Source: a virus
Length of the DNA: 64,000 nucleotides
IMG/VR virus record: IMGVR_UViG_3300037155_000072
Location: 1-64,000 of that record
Strand: one strand, 5' to 3'
Shown here: piece after piece, positions 28,437 to 37,855 of the stretch
How the letters are laid out: each line of letters opens with the position of its first letter
How positions within the stretch are numbered: the first letter of the stretch is position 1
Position numbers and translations under genes: made by a program
The notes under the pieces: generated by a model
The model's database searches: none
What the model was told of the DNA's origin: nothing
What the model saw: the letters and a program-made list of their open reading frames with translations, nothing else

Positions 28437-29729
28437 TCATGGAGTGACTGAAAAGGTCCCAACATTGCCGTGTTCGGGATGCCACACAAATGCCTCAGCA
28501 GCGCGAAGTCCGTCGTAGCCCTTCATTTTATGCCAAGCATCCGCCGGACAGAGACTAGGAATAATTCGAACCCGAATTCCATTACTTTCACCCACGGGCT
28601 GAAAGTGAATCTCCTTCTTATGGTGCCAGTGCCCGAGGTGAATCTCGCGGAACTTCGAAGCGGCCCAAAGCGACGGCACTTCCGTTGCCATAATTAGTGG
28701 AAGATTTTTATGGGGTTCGTTGTGCCCGTGGGTATATCCAATCAGACACTTTCCGAAGGCATAATATTTTCGCTGTGTGGGCGAGTTGTTCACAGTGACC
28801 CCGGGAGTTTTTGACAACCAGCCTTCGAGGGCGTCCCCGAGGTAGAAAATACGTTCGGTATCATGATTTCCCGAAACCATAACCACGTCCACCGGAGCAA
28901 TCTCCCGGAGGCGCAGAATTGCGTCCACCATCAGCTTCCGACCGGCGACAAAAGATTTTTGGTAGCGACCGTCTTCATCTTGGGGTGTCCCGGCCGTAGT
29001 GGTCTGCGCCGCGTTGTCCACATTGAAAAAATCGTTTCCAACTGGGAACACTATGCGAGAGACCTGAAAACCCTCCGCACGGGCGATGAGGGTTTCGAGA
29101 GCTGACCCGAAGGTCTCTTTCGAAATTTTGGCGTCATAGTGTTCGCCGCACTCCGGACCCCAGCAGAGCTTGCCCAGATGCAAGTCAAAAATCGAAATCT
29201 CCAACAGATGCCCATCCATTTTCAGCGAGCGGTATTGAAATACCGGCGGTCGCTTCGGGGCTTCTGTGCGAAACTGCTCCAGCATCTCCTTTATAAGGCT
29301 CCGCGTCTTGTTTACCAGCATTCGCTTCTTCAGCCACGCCTTGACTTGAAAAAGCGGCTTCGTGTTTGCCTCGCCGTCGCCGTCCACATATCCCATTTCC
29401 CACTTGTTTACGAGATACCGCTCGACTTCCCAAACAGCCAAATCAACTTTTGAAAAGGTGAGTAACTCTTCTAAGCTCGTTATCGTGGGACTCACCGACG
29501 ACGTGAACCCGGTATTCCCGGAGTCCTCGAAAGTTGTTCCCTCTTGCGGAGGGCTTTTTTGCTCAGTCGCGGGCGTCCCTCCCTTGCGTTTCAGGTGCAC
29601 CCGGACCGCAGTTTCTGAGCGGTCAACTACGTCACCGATTTCCGCCCAGGTTTTGCCTTGCTTACGCAGGATTTGCGCGTGAACCGTCTCCAGGTTTGTC
29701 CAATTCGGTGTCGTCATTGTTTTTTTCAT
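28437..29729 (-). CDS. Calcineurin-like metallophosphoesterase with N-terminal HTH
   Basis: DLHLG, GNDFF, GNHD, HGH and GHWHH motifs; HTH GKTWAEIGDVVDRSETAVR. Confidence 0.85.
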   Translation of the reverse strand: MKKTMTTPNWTNLETVHAQILRKQGKTWAEIGDVVDRSETAVRVHLKRKGGTPATEQKSPPQEGTTFEDSGNTGFTSSVSPTITSLEELLTFSKVDLAVWEVERYLVNKWEMGYVDGDGEANTKPLFQVKAWLKKRMLVNKTRSLIKEMLEQFRTEAPKRPPVFQYRSLKMDGHLLEISIFDLHLGKLCWGPECGEHYDAKISKETFGSALETLIARAEGFQVSRIVFPVGNDFFNVDNAAQTTTAGTPQDEDGRYQKSFVAGRKLMVDAILRLREIAPVDVVMVSGNHDTERIFYLGDALEGWLSKTPGVTVNNSPTQRKYYAFGKCLIGYTHGHNEPHKNLPLIMATEVPSLWAASKFREIHLGHWHHKKEIHFQPVGESNGIRVRIIPSLCPADAWHKMKGYDGLRAAEAFVWHPEHGNVGTFSVTP

Positions 29730-30369
29730 GAGTTTGTTCTTTGTTCGGAAAAGGCTTCAGTGTGCGTTTTGATTCAAAATCTTGCTCGCGGCCCTGGCAC
29801 CATTCAGCTACGTTCTTCGGAATGCCTTGGCGAAAAACGCAGTCAAATTCTTCCAAAGCCCGTTGGGCAGAATCCCCAATACCATAAACGGCAAACTCAA
29901 GTCGCTTAACATCCCCCAACACCGCCATCCAGTTTCCGTCTTGAAGCCGGTGAAGGGCCGGATGATAACGAAAATGTGGGCTGGTGACTTCCTCGGCCGC
30001 CGCGCGCTGTTTTTCGATTGCATCCATCTGTAGCTTGTGCAGTTCGTCATAGTCCTTCTCTACCTTCGTCTGGAAAGAACTATCCCACCGGGTATCATCC
30101 CCGAGAATTTTCTCCATCCGGTCACAGGCCGCCCACAGAGTCTTCTCCAGGGCAATCTGGCCCTCGGTCATTTTGAACGGCGGCGGGTCTTTGGGCGTGC
30201 CCCCGTTATCAACATCGAAGAGATTCATCGGGCGAAACTGGTATTGGCTCAGCGCCCCGGCCAAGTTCCCAATGACATGAAGCACGTGGGTAACCTGCGC
30301 GGCAGTTTCGACAGTCCGGTTTGAGAGCGCGAGTTGTGGTATTTGCTTCTCTTGATATTTCTTACTCAC
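29662..30369 (-). CDS. Hypothetical protein
   Basis: 235-aa ORF coupled (ATGA-type overlap) to the resolvase gene. Confidence 0.6.
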   Translation of the reverse strand: MSKKYQEKQIPQLALSNRTVETAAQVTHVLHVIGNLAGALSQYQFRPMNLFDVDNGGTPKDPPPFKMTEGQIALEKTLWAACDRMEKILGDDTRWDSSFQTKVEKDYDELHKLQMDAIEKQRAAAEEVTSPHFRYHPALHRLQDGNWMAVLGDVKRLEFAVYGIGDSAQRALEEFDCVFRQGIPKNVAEWCQGREQDFESKRTLKPFPNKEQTHEKNNDDTELDKPGDGSRANPA

Positions 30370-30863
30370 GATTTTAGTCTAGCAAAGGTTTTCTCAGCCC
30401 ACAACCACAAAAATAAGGCGTCAACGGCGTCGTCATTCAGCCCTCGGCCCTTCCACTCGGGATACTGACGAAAGAGAGCTGCTTCCATCATAGCCTTGTC
30501 CGCCCCTCCGTTTCCTGTCGCGAATTTTTTCAAGGTTCCAACGGGAACACACTCCAGCAAACAGGATTTGCCAAACGCCAACCATACCGTTGTTCTGTAG
30601 CTCGACCATAGCTGCACTTGGGAGGTATAAGATGAAAAATTTACATCCTCCCACACGACGGCATCCGGCGCGGGCAACGACTTTAAAAATGCAGCGAACC
30701 GATGAATACGCTCGTCGTTTCTTCGGGTTAGTCTTTGCTTTCCCCACGAGGTTATTTCTTTCGCCGTCGCTAACTTCAGGGTGTGCGCTTCCAGGGAGCC
30801 GTTCAGATTGTGGGCAACCCCCGTGTCGGTCCCCAGGTCCAGGGCTAGAATTTTCAGTGGCAC
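30366..30863 (-). CDS. ruvC: RuvC-like Holliday junction resolvase
   Basis: ILALDLG..TG, WED, LKKFATGNGGADK, DDAVDA acidic tetrad. Confidence 0.85.
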   Translation of the reverse strand: MPLKILALDLGTDTGVAHNLNGSLEAHTLKLATAKEITSWGKQRLTRRNDERIHRFAAFLKSLPAPDAVVWEDVNFSSYTSQVQLWSSYRTTVWLAFGKSCLLECVPVGTLKKFATGNGGADKAMMEAALFRQYPEWKGRGLNDDAVDALFLWLWAEKTFARLKS

Positions 30864-30874
30864 TCATAGAACAG

Positions 30875-31561
30875 TCACGTGAAGAGCTGCTTGCGGCGCG
30901 TAAGTTCAGTGCGTAGCTTTTTAACGGCGCGCCAGTGAGTCCTCTGAATCGCGGAGCGAGTAACCCCGAGCAGGTCGCCCTGCTCTTGGAAATTCAAACC
31001 GGATTCATAAGTCAATGTCAATACCATTTTCTCCTGCTCGCTGCACTTCTGCGCTACTATCGGCTTTACTAATTCCCAGCGGTCCCTGGTAAAAATCCCT
31101 TCCATATCGGACTCGATTACGTTCTCCGGGGACACCTGTTCGTAGTCCTGCATAGCCTCCAGGGGGCTGACTATCGCCGGGTCGCGATGCACGTGCGTTC
31201 TTTCGCCCACTGGTTTGCATTGCACACCTTTTGCAGGATGCCCAGCCTTCGCTTTATTGTAGTTGCGATAAATCGCTCCTCGAAGCCCCGCTTTGGCGAA
31301 CGCGAAGAAGCGTTGCCGGGCGGGGTCAAAGCGTTTCGCGTTTCGCATTAGAGCCTCATAGCACACGCTGATAAGCGCGCCCTCGTCCAGGCTCCGGGCC
31401 ATTCCCCGGGTGTAAAGAAACGCCTCACGCATGTTGCGCATAACCAACTCATTCAAGTCTCCCTCGTTCCCCTTGGCGATGCCCTTCGCCAGAATGGCCT
31501 CTAGGCCGCTCCGACAGTTCCTATCGTGAGGCAGCGGCAAGGATTCAAATAGGGCGCTCAT
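30875..31561 (-). CDS. Sigma70-family RNA polymerase sigma factor
   Basis: Region 2 (NELV.RNMR...LMRNAKRFDP..RFFAFA) and region 4 (SEQEK.VL...LNFQE.GDLLGVTRSAIQR). Confidence 0.88.
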   Translation of the reverse strand: MSALFESLPLPHDRNCRSGLEAILAKGIAKGNEGDLNELVMRNMREAFLYTRGMARSLDEGALISVCYEALMRNAKRFDPARQRFFAFAKAGLRGAIYRNYNKAKAGHPAKGVQCKPVGERTHVHRDPAIVSPLEAMQDYEQVSPENVIESDMEGIFTRDRWELVKPIVAQKCSEQEKMVLTLTYESGLNFQEQGDLLGVTRSAIQRTHWRAVKKLRTELTRRKQLFT

Positions 31562-33792
31562 GTGGTGGGCGGAAGTTGGAATTTATTAACCTCGTCGCTC
31601 GGGGCAGTCGGAGTGGGTGCCGAAGCTTTCGGCATAAAGTTCTTGAAGCGGAACATCCGTAGGTTGTGCTTCTCACTCGTGAAGACAGTAACCTCTAGGC
31701 TGTTTTCTTTGAGCATCGCATCCATGCTGCGATTCACGGTATCGACGTTGGCCTTGAGTATGTCTCCGGTCTCAAGCTTCATCATCTGGAGAATCTCGAC
31801 GGCGGTGCCCTCGAAATGCTCTGCCCCGGGTGTCTCCAGGAAATAGCGGGTCAGGGTTTTAATCAGACACTCCTTGAACCCGGCAGCCCGGCTGGTTTGG
31901 TATCCCTGGTCAAGCAAGCTTTGCTCGTGATGAGCTTCGTAACCAAATCGCTCGTCAACCTTAACGTAGTCTGGAACCTTGAAGTGAGTTATGCCCCATT
32001 TTAGCAGACACGGAAGCTGAGCCGCGACTATCTTCGCCCAGGTTAGACGGTCAGGAAATTTAAAATTCACGTCTGGGGAGCACTTGAACAGATGGGTCTT
32101 GTCCAGGGAATTGTTATCCATTCCGGACAGCGCGCGCGAGGAAATGAAATCCAGGTTAGCAGTGATGATGATGCGGCCGCCCCAGTGAAGCATTGACGAC
32201 GTGAGAAATTTTTCATTGTAGAGGAAATCGCTGTTGGCCGCGAACTTCTTCAGGAGAGTCATGAACCTCTGTAATGAGGCATCGGTGTTACTAGGCGTCT
32301 CATCATCTACGCACCAAACGACGTGTTTAAACAGGTGGGCGTTGAAGGTGCTGTCTTTAATTAGAAAGTCGGATGCGTCAGCGAATCCTCCCACGGAGCC
32401 ACCGACAAACATTCGGGACAACATGGTTTTTCCTCTTCCCGGCTTTCCGAATAAAAACACATTCTGTCCCGAGAGGGGTTCGAAGTTCAGGCACGCTTTG
32501 TATAGATACATCCACCATGCGAACCAGTGCCAAAGCTGCTCGGGCGAACTAAAGAAACCATCGAGGAACCGGGATAGGTCGGGGAATGTCCCTTTCGGCC
32601 CCCAGTAATGTTCGTCTCCCTCGGCGGGTTGAATGCACTGGGCGTTGTATATATTAAGCACTCGGTCTCCATTGTAGCGCATTGGTCCCGGCCGGTGAAA
32701 CGCGAAGGGCAGCGCGGCCTTGACTCGGTTACGTTTCTGAATGTGGTTCAGGGCAACCTTATATTGCGAGGGCGTGCCTCCAGGGCCGGGCTTTATGGAA
32801 AGGCGGCACTCCACTTCGAGGTGCGTTGCCAGCTCCGTTGCTTCCATGGGCTGATACGCGTTTCCACTCTCCGGGTCTTCGAACTTCATCCAGAATTTTC
32901 TGCTGTCAAAAAATATCCCAGTCGTCGCTGCCGTGATTGACTCGTTTTTAAAATTCTTGCAAAACTCTACCCCCAAAAGAAGGGGAGAATCCCAGGGTGT
33001 GAAGGGCTTTCCTGCGTGGGCCGCAAAGGAGAACATGCCGCCGGGCTTCACTAGGGCAGAGTTTGAAGACGTGCTTCCCTCGGCCCAGAATGAAGGTCCC
33101 TTGGTATCCACCGAAAAGTCAGAGGGCCAGCTCATGGCTGGATACTTCTTGAGTAGCTCGGCGTAAACTATGTCCAGGGGAATTGTGGTCTCTTCCTTCT
33201 CCGGCCAATGGAATTTTTTGGCGGAGTCCACGAGAAAAGATTGAGTCAGCGTATGCGCCACCGGCTTGTGCCCCGTAGCCTTCCACACTCCGCCATTGCA
33301 ATATAGCCTAGTGGGCGATTTGAACGCGGGCTCGTCCAGTCCCGGGAGTAGGTCCAGACTGAGAAATTTTATCGCCCGCTCATAGAGGAAGGCGCAAAAC
33401 TCGTAGCTGTCCAGGCGTATAGGCGACGCGAGAATCCACACCAACCGGAGATTTCCCCCCAGGGACCTCTCAGTGTAGGTCGGTTTAATCGGCATCGTCT
33501 TAATCACCTCGGCGGCACGCTCATCCGTAATCGGAAGGTCAAAGTCCGCGACGAACGCGTTGACAAACAGCGGGGGATTATTTTCTCGATTAACTCGGAG
33601 GTTGGGATTCAGCGGCTCAACCCCCGTATAAAATTGATGCACTGTGCTGACTGACGTGGCCCAATTTTGACGGTCTTCCTTATTCCCACGAATCTGCATC
33701 GAAATCTCGGTCTCTATTTTGAAGTCCCAAGGGACGCAGGGAGATAATGAGTTGGAGACGAGATTCGTAACAGCAAAAAACATTGAGCTCAT
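31558..33792 (-). CDS. Primase fused to SF3 helicase (NrS-1/DUF5906-like)
   Basis: FVADFD acidic motif and SLGGNLRLVW in the N-terminal part; GKPGRGKT, VDDE, IIITAN in the C-terminal part. Confidence 0.8.
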   Translation of the reverse strand: MSSMFFAVTNLVSNSLSPCVPWDFKIETEISMQIRGNKEDRQNWATSVSTVHQFYTGVEPLNPNLRVNRENNPPLFVNAFVADFDLPITDERAAEVIKTMPIKPTYTERSLGGNLRLVWILASPIRLDSYEFCAFLYERAIKFLSLDLLPGLDEPAFKSPTRLYCNGGVWKATGHKPVAHTLTQSFLVDSAKKFHWPEKEETTIPLDIVYAELLKKYPAMSWPSDFSVDTKGPSFWAEGSTSSNSALVKPGGMFSFAAHAGKPFTPWDSPLLLGVEFCKNFKNESITAATTGIFFDSRKFWMKFEDPESGNAYQPMEATELATHLEVECRLSIKPGPGGTPSQYKVALNHIQKRNRVKAALPFAFHRPGPMRYNGDRVLNIYNAQCIQPAEGDEHYWGPKGTFPDLSRFLDGFFSSPEQLWHWFAWWMYLYKACLNFEPLSGQNVFLFGKPGRGKTMLSRMFVGGSVGGFADASDFLIKDSTFNAHLFKHVVWCVDDETPSNTDASLQRFMTLLKKFAANSDFLYNEKFLTSSMLHWGGRIIITANLDFISSRALSGMDNNSLDKTHLFKCSPDVNFKFPDRLTWAKIVAAQLPCLLKWGITHFKVPDYVKVDERFGYEAHHEQSLLDQGYQTSRAAGFKECLIKTLTRYFLETPGAEHFEGTAVEILQMMKLETGDILKANVDTVNRSMDAMLKENSLEVTVFTSEKHNLRMFRFKNFMPKASAPTPTAPSDEVNKFQLPPTT

Positions 33793-33821
33793 ACTATGCG
33801 AACCAGCCCCGACCCACAACC

Positions 33822-35783
33822 TTACTTTTTATAGTGTGCGACCTCTTCGGCTTCCGCTGAAATGGGGCAGCCCGGGAGCCACTCGGGGCAAACGCTCATG
33901 GCCGCCTGCACGTCCTTGGCGGTGACAGAAGGGTCCACCTCCAGGATAGCCTCATCATGCGACGAGAATAGGTTGCGCCAGCCTCGGTCCTCCATGGCGA
34001 CCACGTGGGTAGCAAAGACATCTCGGGCGATTGCTTGGGTGATATTCTCCGTGAGCTTCCCACCGTAGAATTTTTTTCGCTTCCCACCGATGTCGGCCGT
34101 GTAGGCTTCCTCGCGCTTCGGTTTGCCAGTCACCGGGTCTTTGACAATAGTAACGGACACCTTGACGTGGCCGTAGGTCATCTTCCTTCCGGAAGGCAAT
34201 GTCATCACGAAATCCTCCCCGATGCTCCGCCTGAACCCCTCGTCGAGTTGCTTCCACAGATTGGTGATACAGGGATTTTCCGCACGAAACTTTTTGACAA
34301 TCGCCTTGCTGGTTGTGCCATAGCCGGGCACTTGCTTCTCCACCTTAGTGAACGGATGAACCTCGGTGATAAACTCCGGGTCGTCCTTGCACAAGTCTAT
34401 TCCGTAGCCCGACGCAATGGTGATAAACTTCTCCCAGCCCGCGCCATACCCCAGGCCCAGAACCTGAACCTTTGTCATCTTATAAGGGTCTTGTTTCTTC
34501 TCCGCCTTGGAAAAAGCTCGCCCAGAAAAAGCCTCATAAACTGATAGTCCCTCGCGAATCAGGGCGAGCATCTTGTGGTTCTTACCCAGCCATGCCAGGA
34601 CGCGAGGTTCAATCGCGGCCAAGTCGCAGACAATCATTTTCTTGCCGGGGCGCGCGATAAAGATTGCTCGGAAGTCGATTGCGTAGCGCACCCAGTCCGG
34701 CCACTTTTTATTCTCCTCGCGGTAGTCCGTGGCGTCGTTTATCCGCTTGCCGTCGGTCTCCATAAGTCCCTCCTGGTTGCAGAACAGTGGGACCTTGCGC
34801 ATGTTTTGGAAGTTGATTTTCTCGGCTCCAGCCCACCGGCCAGTGTGCGCACCGAAATACTTCAAGCCAAAAGGAAGAGTGCCGTCTGAGCGCAATCTTT
34901 CCTTGACGGTGCAGAAAGTTTTGTAGAGTTTGTTGATAGCTCTCCAGGCTTCGACTGCCCGAATCCACGGGTTTTTTGGTGCGTGTTGTTCTACCCATAA
35001 TTCGTAAGCTTCCTCATCGTCCGCCTTCGTAGGCGGGCATGGCAGCCCTGTCTTTCTACACTGTTGAGCAATGCACTTCGTGCTCGTGGGTTTGGTCTTA
35101 AAGTCGTCCCACTCTTCCTCTTCGGCGTCACGAATCCATGGGATGATGTTTTCCACCGTGCAGCGCATTTCATGACAAGCCATGATGTAGGTATCCAAAA
35201 GATTCCGGTCAACCTGGACGCCCCTCATCCCTTGCGCAATCGTTATGTTCGAGACCTTGCGCTCCATTTCAGGCCACTGACTTGAGAATTTGTCCCACAA
35301 TAACCAACACAAATGACTATCAACTTTCCCCGCATCCACTACCTGCTTCATCTGCTCCGGTGTGTAATCTCGCGGCCAACTACGACCGTCCGAAGTCTCC
35401 CTGTAGCTTTTATCCACCTTAAGGCCGGGGAAAAGGTGCTCTGTAGACTCCTGAAGAGAGCGGCGATTGCAAAGAAACGAGGTAAGGTTCGCCGTGCAGT
35501 GGTAGTTTTCAAACTGCATTCTCGGGGCGAGTTTACGATGAACTAGCTCTTCATAGACACTCGCGTCAAAATATTTATTGTGGCTAAGCAGGGTCTGCCC
35601 GCTTAAGGCCGACCAGTTAAAATCTCGCGGGTGCCCCGCCCACGTCTGCCCCCCATCGCTTACCGCGATTTGGTAACAATCGAATAATTCGTGTTTACAG
35701 TATCCCTCCGCTATATACTGCCGAAGGCCGTATTTGAGTTTCTTGGAATAGAAACATTCATAATCTACGCTAATGGTGCTCAT
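33822..35783 (-). CDS. polA: Family A DNA polymerase
   Basis: Exo motifs VDYE, HNKYFD; AHTGRW; motif A CDLAAIEPRV; motif B KVQVLGLGYG; motif C HDE. Confidence 0.93.
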   Translation of the reverse strand: MSTISVDYECFYSKKLKYGLRQYIAEGYCKHELFDCYQIAVSDGGQTWAGHPRDFNWSALSGQTLLSHNKYFDASVYEELVHRKLAPRMQFENYHCTANLTSFLCNRRSLQESTEHLFPGLKVDKSYRETSDGRSWPRDYTPEQMKQVVDAGKVDSHLCWLLWDKFSSQWPEMERKVSNITIAQGMRGVQVDRNLLDTYIMACHEMRCTVENIIPWIRDAEEEEWDDFKTKPTSTKCIAQQCRKTGLPCPPTKADDEEAYELWVEQHAPKNPWIRAVEAWRAINKLYKTFCTVKERLRSDGTLPFGLKYFGAHTGRWAGAEKINFQNMRKVPLFCNQEGLMETDGKRINDATDYREENKKWPDWVRYAIDFRAIFIARPGKKMIVCDLAAIEPRVLAWLGKNHKMLALIREGLSVYEAFSGRAFSKAEKKQDPYKMTKVQVLGLGYGAGWEKFITIASGYGIDLCKDDPEFITEVHPFTKVEKQVPGYGTTSKAIVKKFRAENPCITNLWKQLDEGFRRSIGEDFVMTLPSGRKMTYGHVKVSVTIVKDPVTGKPKREEAYTADIGGKRKKFYGGKLTENITQAIARDVFATHVVAMEDRGWRNLFSSHDEAILEVDPSVTAKDVQAAMSVCPEWLPGCPISAEAEEVAHYKK

Positions 35784-36316
35784 GTAGGAAAATTAAGTCT
35801 CGCGAACTCCCCGAAATATTGACTAGCCGCTGCATCGTAGGCTTTTGCCGCCTCTTCCGGAGAAAAAAATTCCCCTAGAAAAAGTTGGCGTCCTTCGACT
35901 CTTATTCTTGCACGCCACTTATGTGTGCAGCGGCTTTGTAAACTGACTCCCTTAAATCCGGAGATGTTATTTTTCTGGACAGAACGGTTCCATTGATTTT
36001 GGAGAGTAGTGGCCGGGCGGAGATTTTGTCTTCGATTATTCAAACCGTCGCCGTCACGGTGGTCCACGGGCTTTACGCCTAAAATCTGATTGTGCATCCG
36101 AATCGAGTGGCTTTTTTCATTTCGACGACCATTCCGAACCGCATACCACAATCCGTGCACATACTTTGCATACCATAGAAATTGGGACAGCGCCGGGTAG
36201 TCGGCGCTATCCACTGTGGTTACCTTCCCGAGTGTAAGCGGAATTTCTACCGCGTCCGGGACAGCGTGCAACCCACTGAAGGTTGCTTCTGGGTTTTGTT
36301 CTGAATGAGTCGGCAT
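35780..36316 (-). CDS. HNH-AP2 homing endonuclease
   Basis: VDHRDGDGLNNRRQNLR plus SGFKGV..KWRARI..LG.F...[17 protein letters not shown]. Confidence 0.9.
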   Translation of the reverse strand: MPTHSEQNPEATFSGLHAVPDAVEIPLTLGKVTTVDSADYPALSQFLWYAKYVHGLWYAVRNGRRNEKSHSIRMHNQILGVKPVDHRDGDGLNNRRQNLRPATTLQNQWNRSVQKNNISGFKGVSLQSRCTHKWRARIRVEGRQLFLGEFFSPEEAAKAYDAAASQYFGEFARLNFPT

Positions 36317-36591
36317 ATTGCTCGGTTAAGTTCAGCTTCTACCTTATCACATAATGCCCCAGCTACAACTCGATTCTGTCCAGGCTCCAGAGACGCGTGC
36401 AGGGTAGGATATTTATTCCGAAGCTCCCGGACCAGTGCCTCAACATCGGCTTTGACTTCATCCAGGAATTCCTGGCCGACCCTGGTGAATTTTCCGGCCC
36501 GATACGCGCGACTACAGGCGAGTGCGTGATTACGAACGGCGGTCTCGTTTAGAAAGCGCCCGGAGGAGATGTCAATATTTTCTTCTTGCAT
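36247..36591 (-). CDS. Small helical protein, possible histone-like fold
   Basis: NETAVR.HAL...FTRVGQEFLDEV...PSVGCTL pattern. Confidence 0.35.
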   Translation of the reverse strand: MQEENIDISSGRFLNETAVRNHALACSRAYRAGKFTRVGQEFLDEVKADVEALVRELRNKYPTLHASLEPGQNRVVAGALCDKVEAELNRAICRLIQNKTQKQPSVGCTLSRTR

Positions 36592-36794
36592 AGGATTACT
36601 CGGTTAACCGAAACGAATTTTGCGTGCCCCCGAAGCTCCAGGGCCGCGATTGTGTGAACACTGGCGAACGTATCGCCCAATTCATACCACCGGGGCACCC
36701 AATAACCCCCGGGCCGCCGATAGAGCGTCCGGGAGCGCCCCGCGATACGAAAAGCATGCAGCATCGCGGGTGAGAATTTTACCGCGCTAGGCAT
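36549..36794 (-). CDS. Hypothetical protein
   Basis: Probable start MPSAVKF; LYRRPGGYW...TIAALELRG. Confidence 0.45.
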   Translation of the reverse strand: MPSAVKFSPAMLHAFRIAGRSRTLYRRPGGYWVPRWYELGDTFASVHTIAALELRGHAKFVSVNRVILCKKKILTSPPGAF

Positions 36795-36933
36795 AGAGCG
36801 ATAAGCATGATAGTGGCTCCGATGCAGAAAATACCACCGATGATTAGCCAGTTTATGGCCGACTGCACTTCGATTTGCTGCTGAGCAAGGGTTCGGTGCC
36901 AGCGAGAAATCCACTCGCGATATTCTTGGTCGT

Positions 36934-37572
36934 TCACTCCTCGTCTCCCCCTTCCAGCTCGTCCGAGATTTCGAAGTTCATAGGTTTCGAGTTGCATGGG
37001 CAGTGGGGCGCGCCGAACTCCAACCACTTCCGGGTAGTCCGGACGGTGTAGCCGCAATCCTTGCACTCGCATTTCACTGCGCGCGTGGTCTGCTTCTTCG
37101 TGGGGCGGCCGGAGGGTTTGAGCTCCGCGTGAGGATATTCCCCAATTTTGGCGACAATCGCTTTCGCCTTGGCCAGGAATAATTCGCCGCCATGGGCCCT
37201 TGTCAGTTTACCTTCCAGGCCGATGCCCCGGACACACTTGCCGAAAACCTTATTGTGGCCCTCGGGGATGCCTACGATTGCGTGGGCCAGTTCGTGGGCC
37301 AGGGTAGGGAGTATGCCGCAGGCGTCGCAGGCTTGCGCGTAACGCGGTGAAATGAATATCTGATGCAGCTTGTCGGACGCCGCTTTCGCATCCCAGCACT
37401 CGCCGATTGCAATTTTCTTGTTGCCGAGGCCCCGGGATGAAGGCCAGCCGCAGGATACCCGAACAGCAGGCACTTTGTAGCCCTGCTCGATGAAAAGCGG
37501 AGTCAGCTCCGCCGTTGCGTCTATCAGCCACTTCTCGCGATTCGAGTCAGTGGGTATTTTTGTTTTGCTCAT
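36934..37572 (-). CDS. SprT-like zinc metallopeptidase with C-terminal zinc ribbon
   Basis: LAHELAH...GH...F and C-terminal CxC..CGY.VR...CPC. Confidence 0.8.
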   Translation of the reverse strand: MSKTKIPTDSNREKWLIDATAELTPLFIEQGYKVPAVRVSCGWPSSRGLGNKKIAIGECWDAKAASDKLHQIFISPRYAQACDACGILPTLAHELAHAIVGIPEGHNKVFGKCVRGIGLEGKLTRAHGGELFLAKAKAIVAKIGEYPHAELKPSGRPTKKQTTRAVKCECKDCGYTVRTTRKWLEFGAPHCPCNSKPMNFEISDELEGGDEE

Positions 37573-37700
37573 AAAACGTAGGTGGTCAGTTCGTAGCGGC
37601 CGGAGTCCAGCCGGTAAATCGACACGTGGAAAAATTTCTTGGTGGGCTTGTCGCGGAGCGCGTCCTGGTTTTGCTGTTCGAATGTTCTAATCAGGCTTAC

Positions 37701-37728
37701 AGAATACGCCCTCCCCGTTTAAACGCAA
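37701..37728 (-). promoter_or_regulatory. Sigma70-type promoter TTGCGT-N16-TATTCT
   Basis: Consensus-like boxes with an AT-rich upstream tract in an intergenic gap. Confidence 0.6.
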
Positions 37729-37766
37729 GAACTATTTTCGATTATTTTTATCCGTAATCATACAGA

Positions 37767-37794
37767 GGGCCGGATAAGTTTCCCTATCCGGCCC
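37767..37794 (-). terminator. Hairpin downstream of the SSB-like gene
   Basis: GGGCCGGATA / TATCCGGCCC perfect 10-bp stem; weak U-tract. Confidence 0.5.
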
Positions 37795-37855
37795 CATTAG
37801 GTGCGTTATTTGTTATTCCCTCAGTTATCCAGGTCAAACCACGCCACACCGAAAA

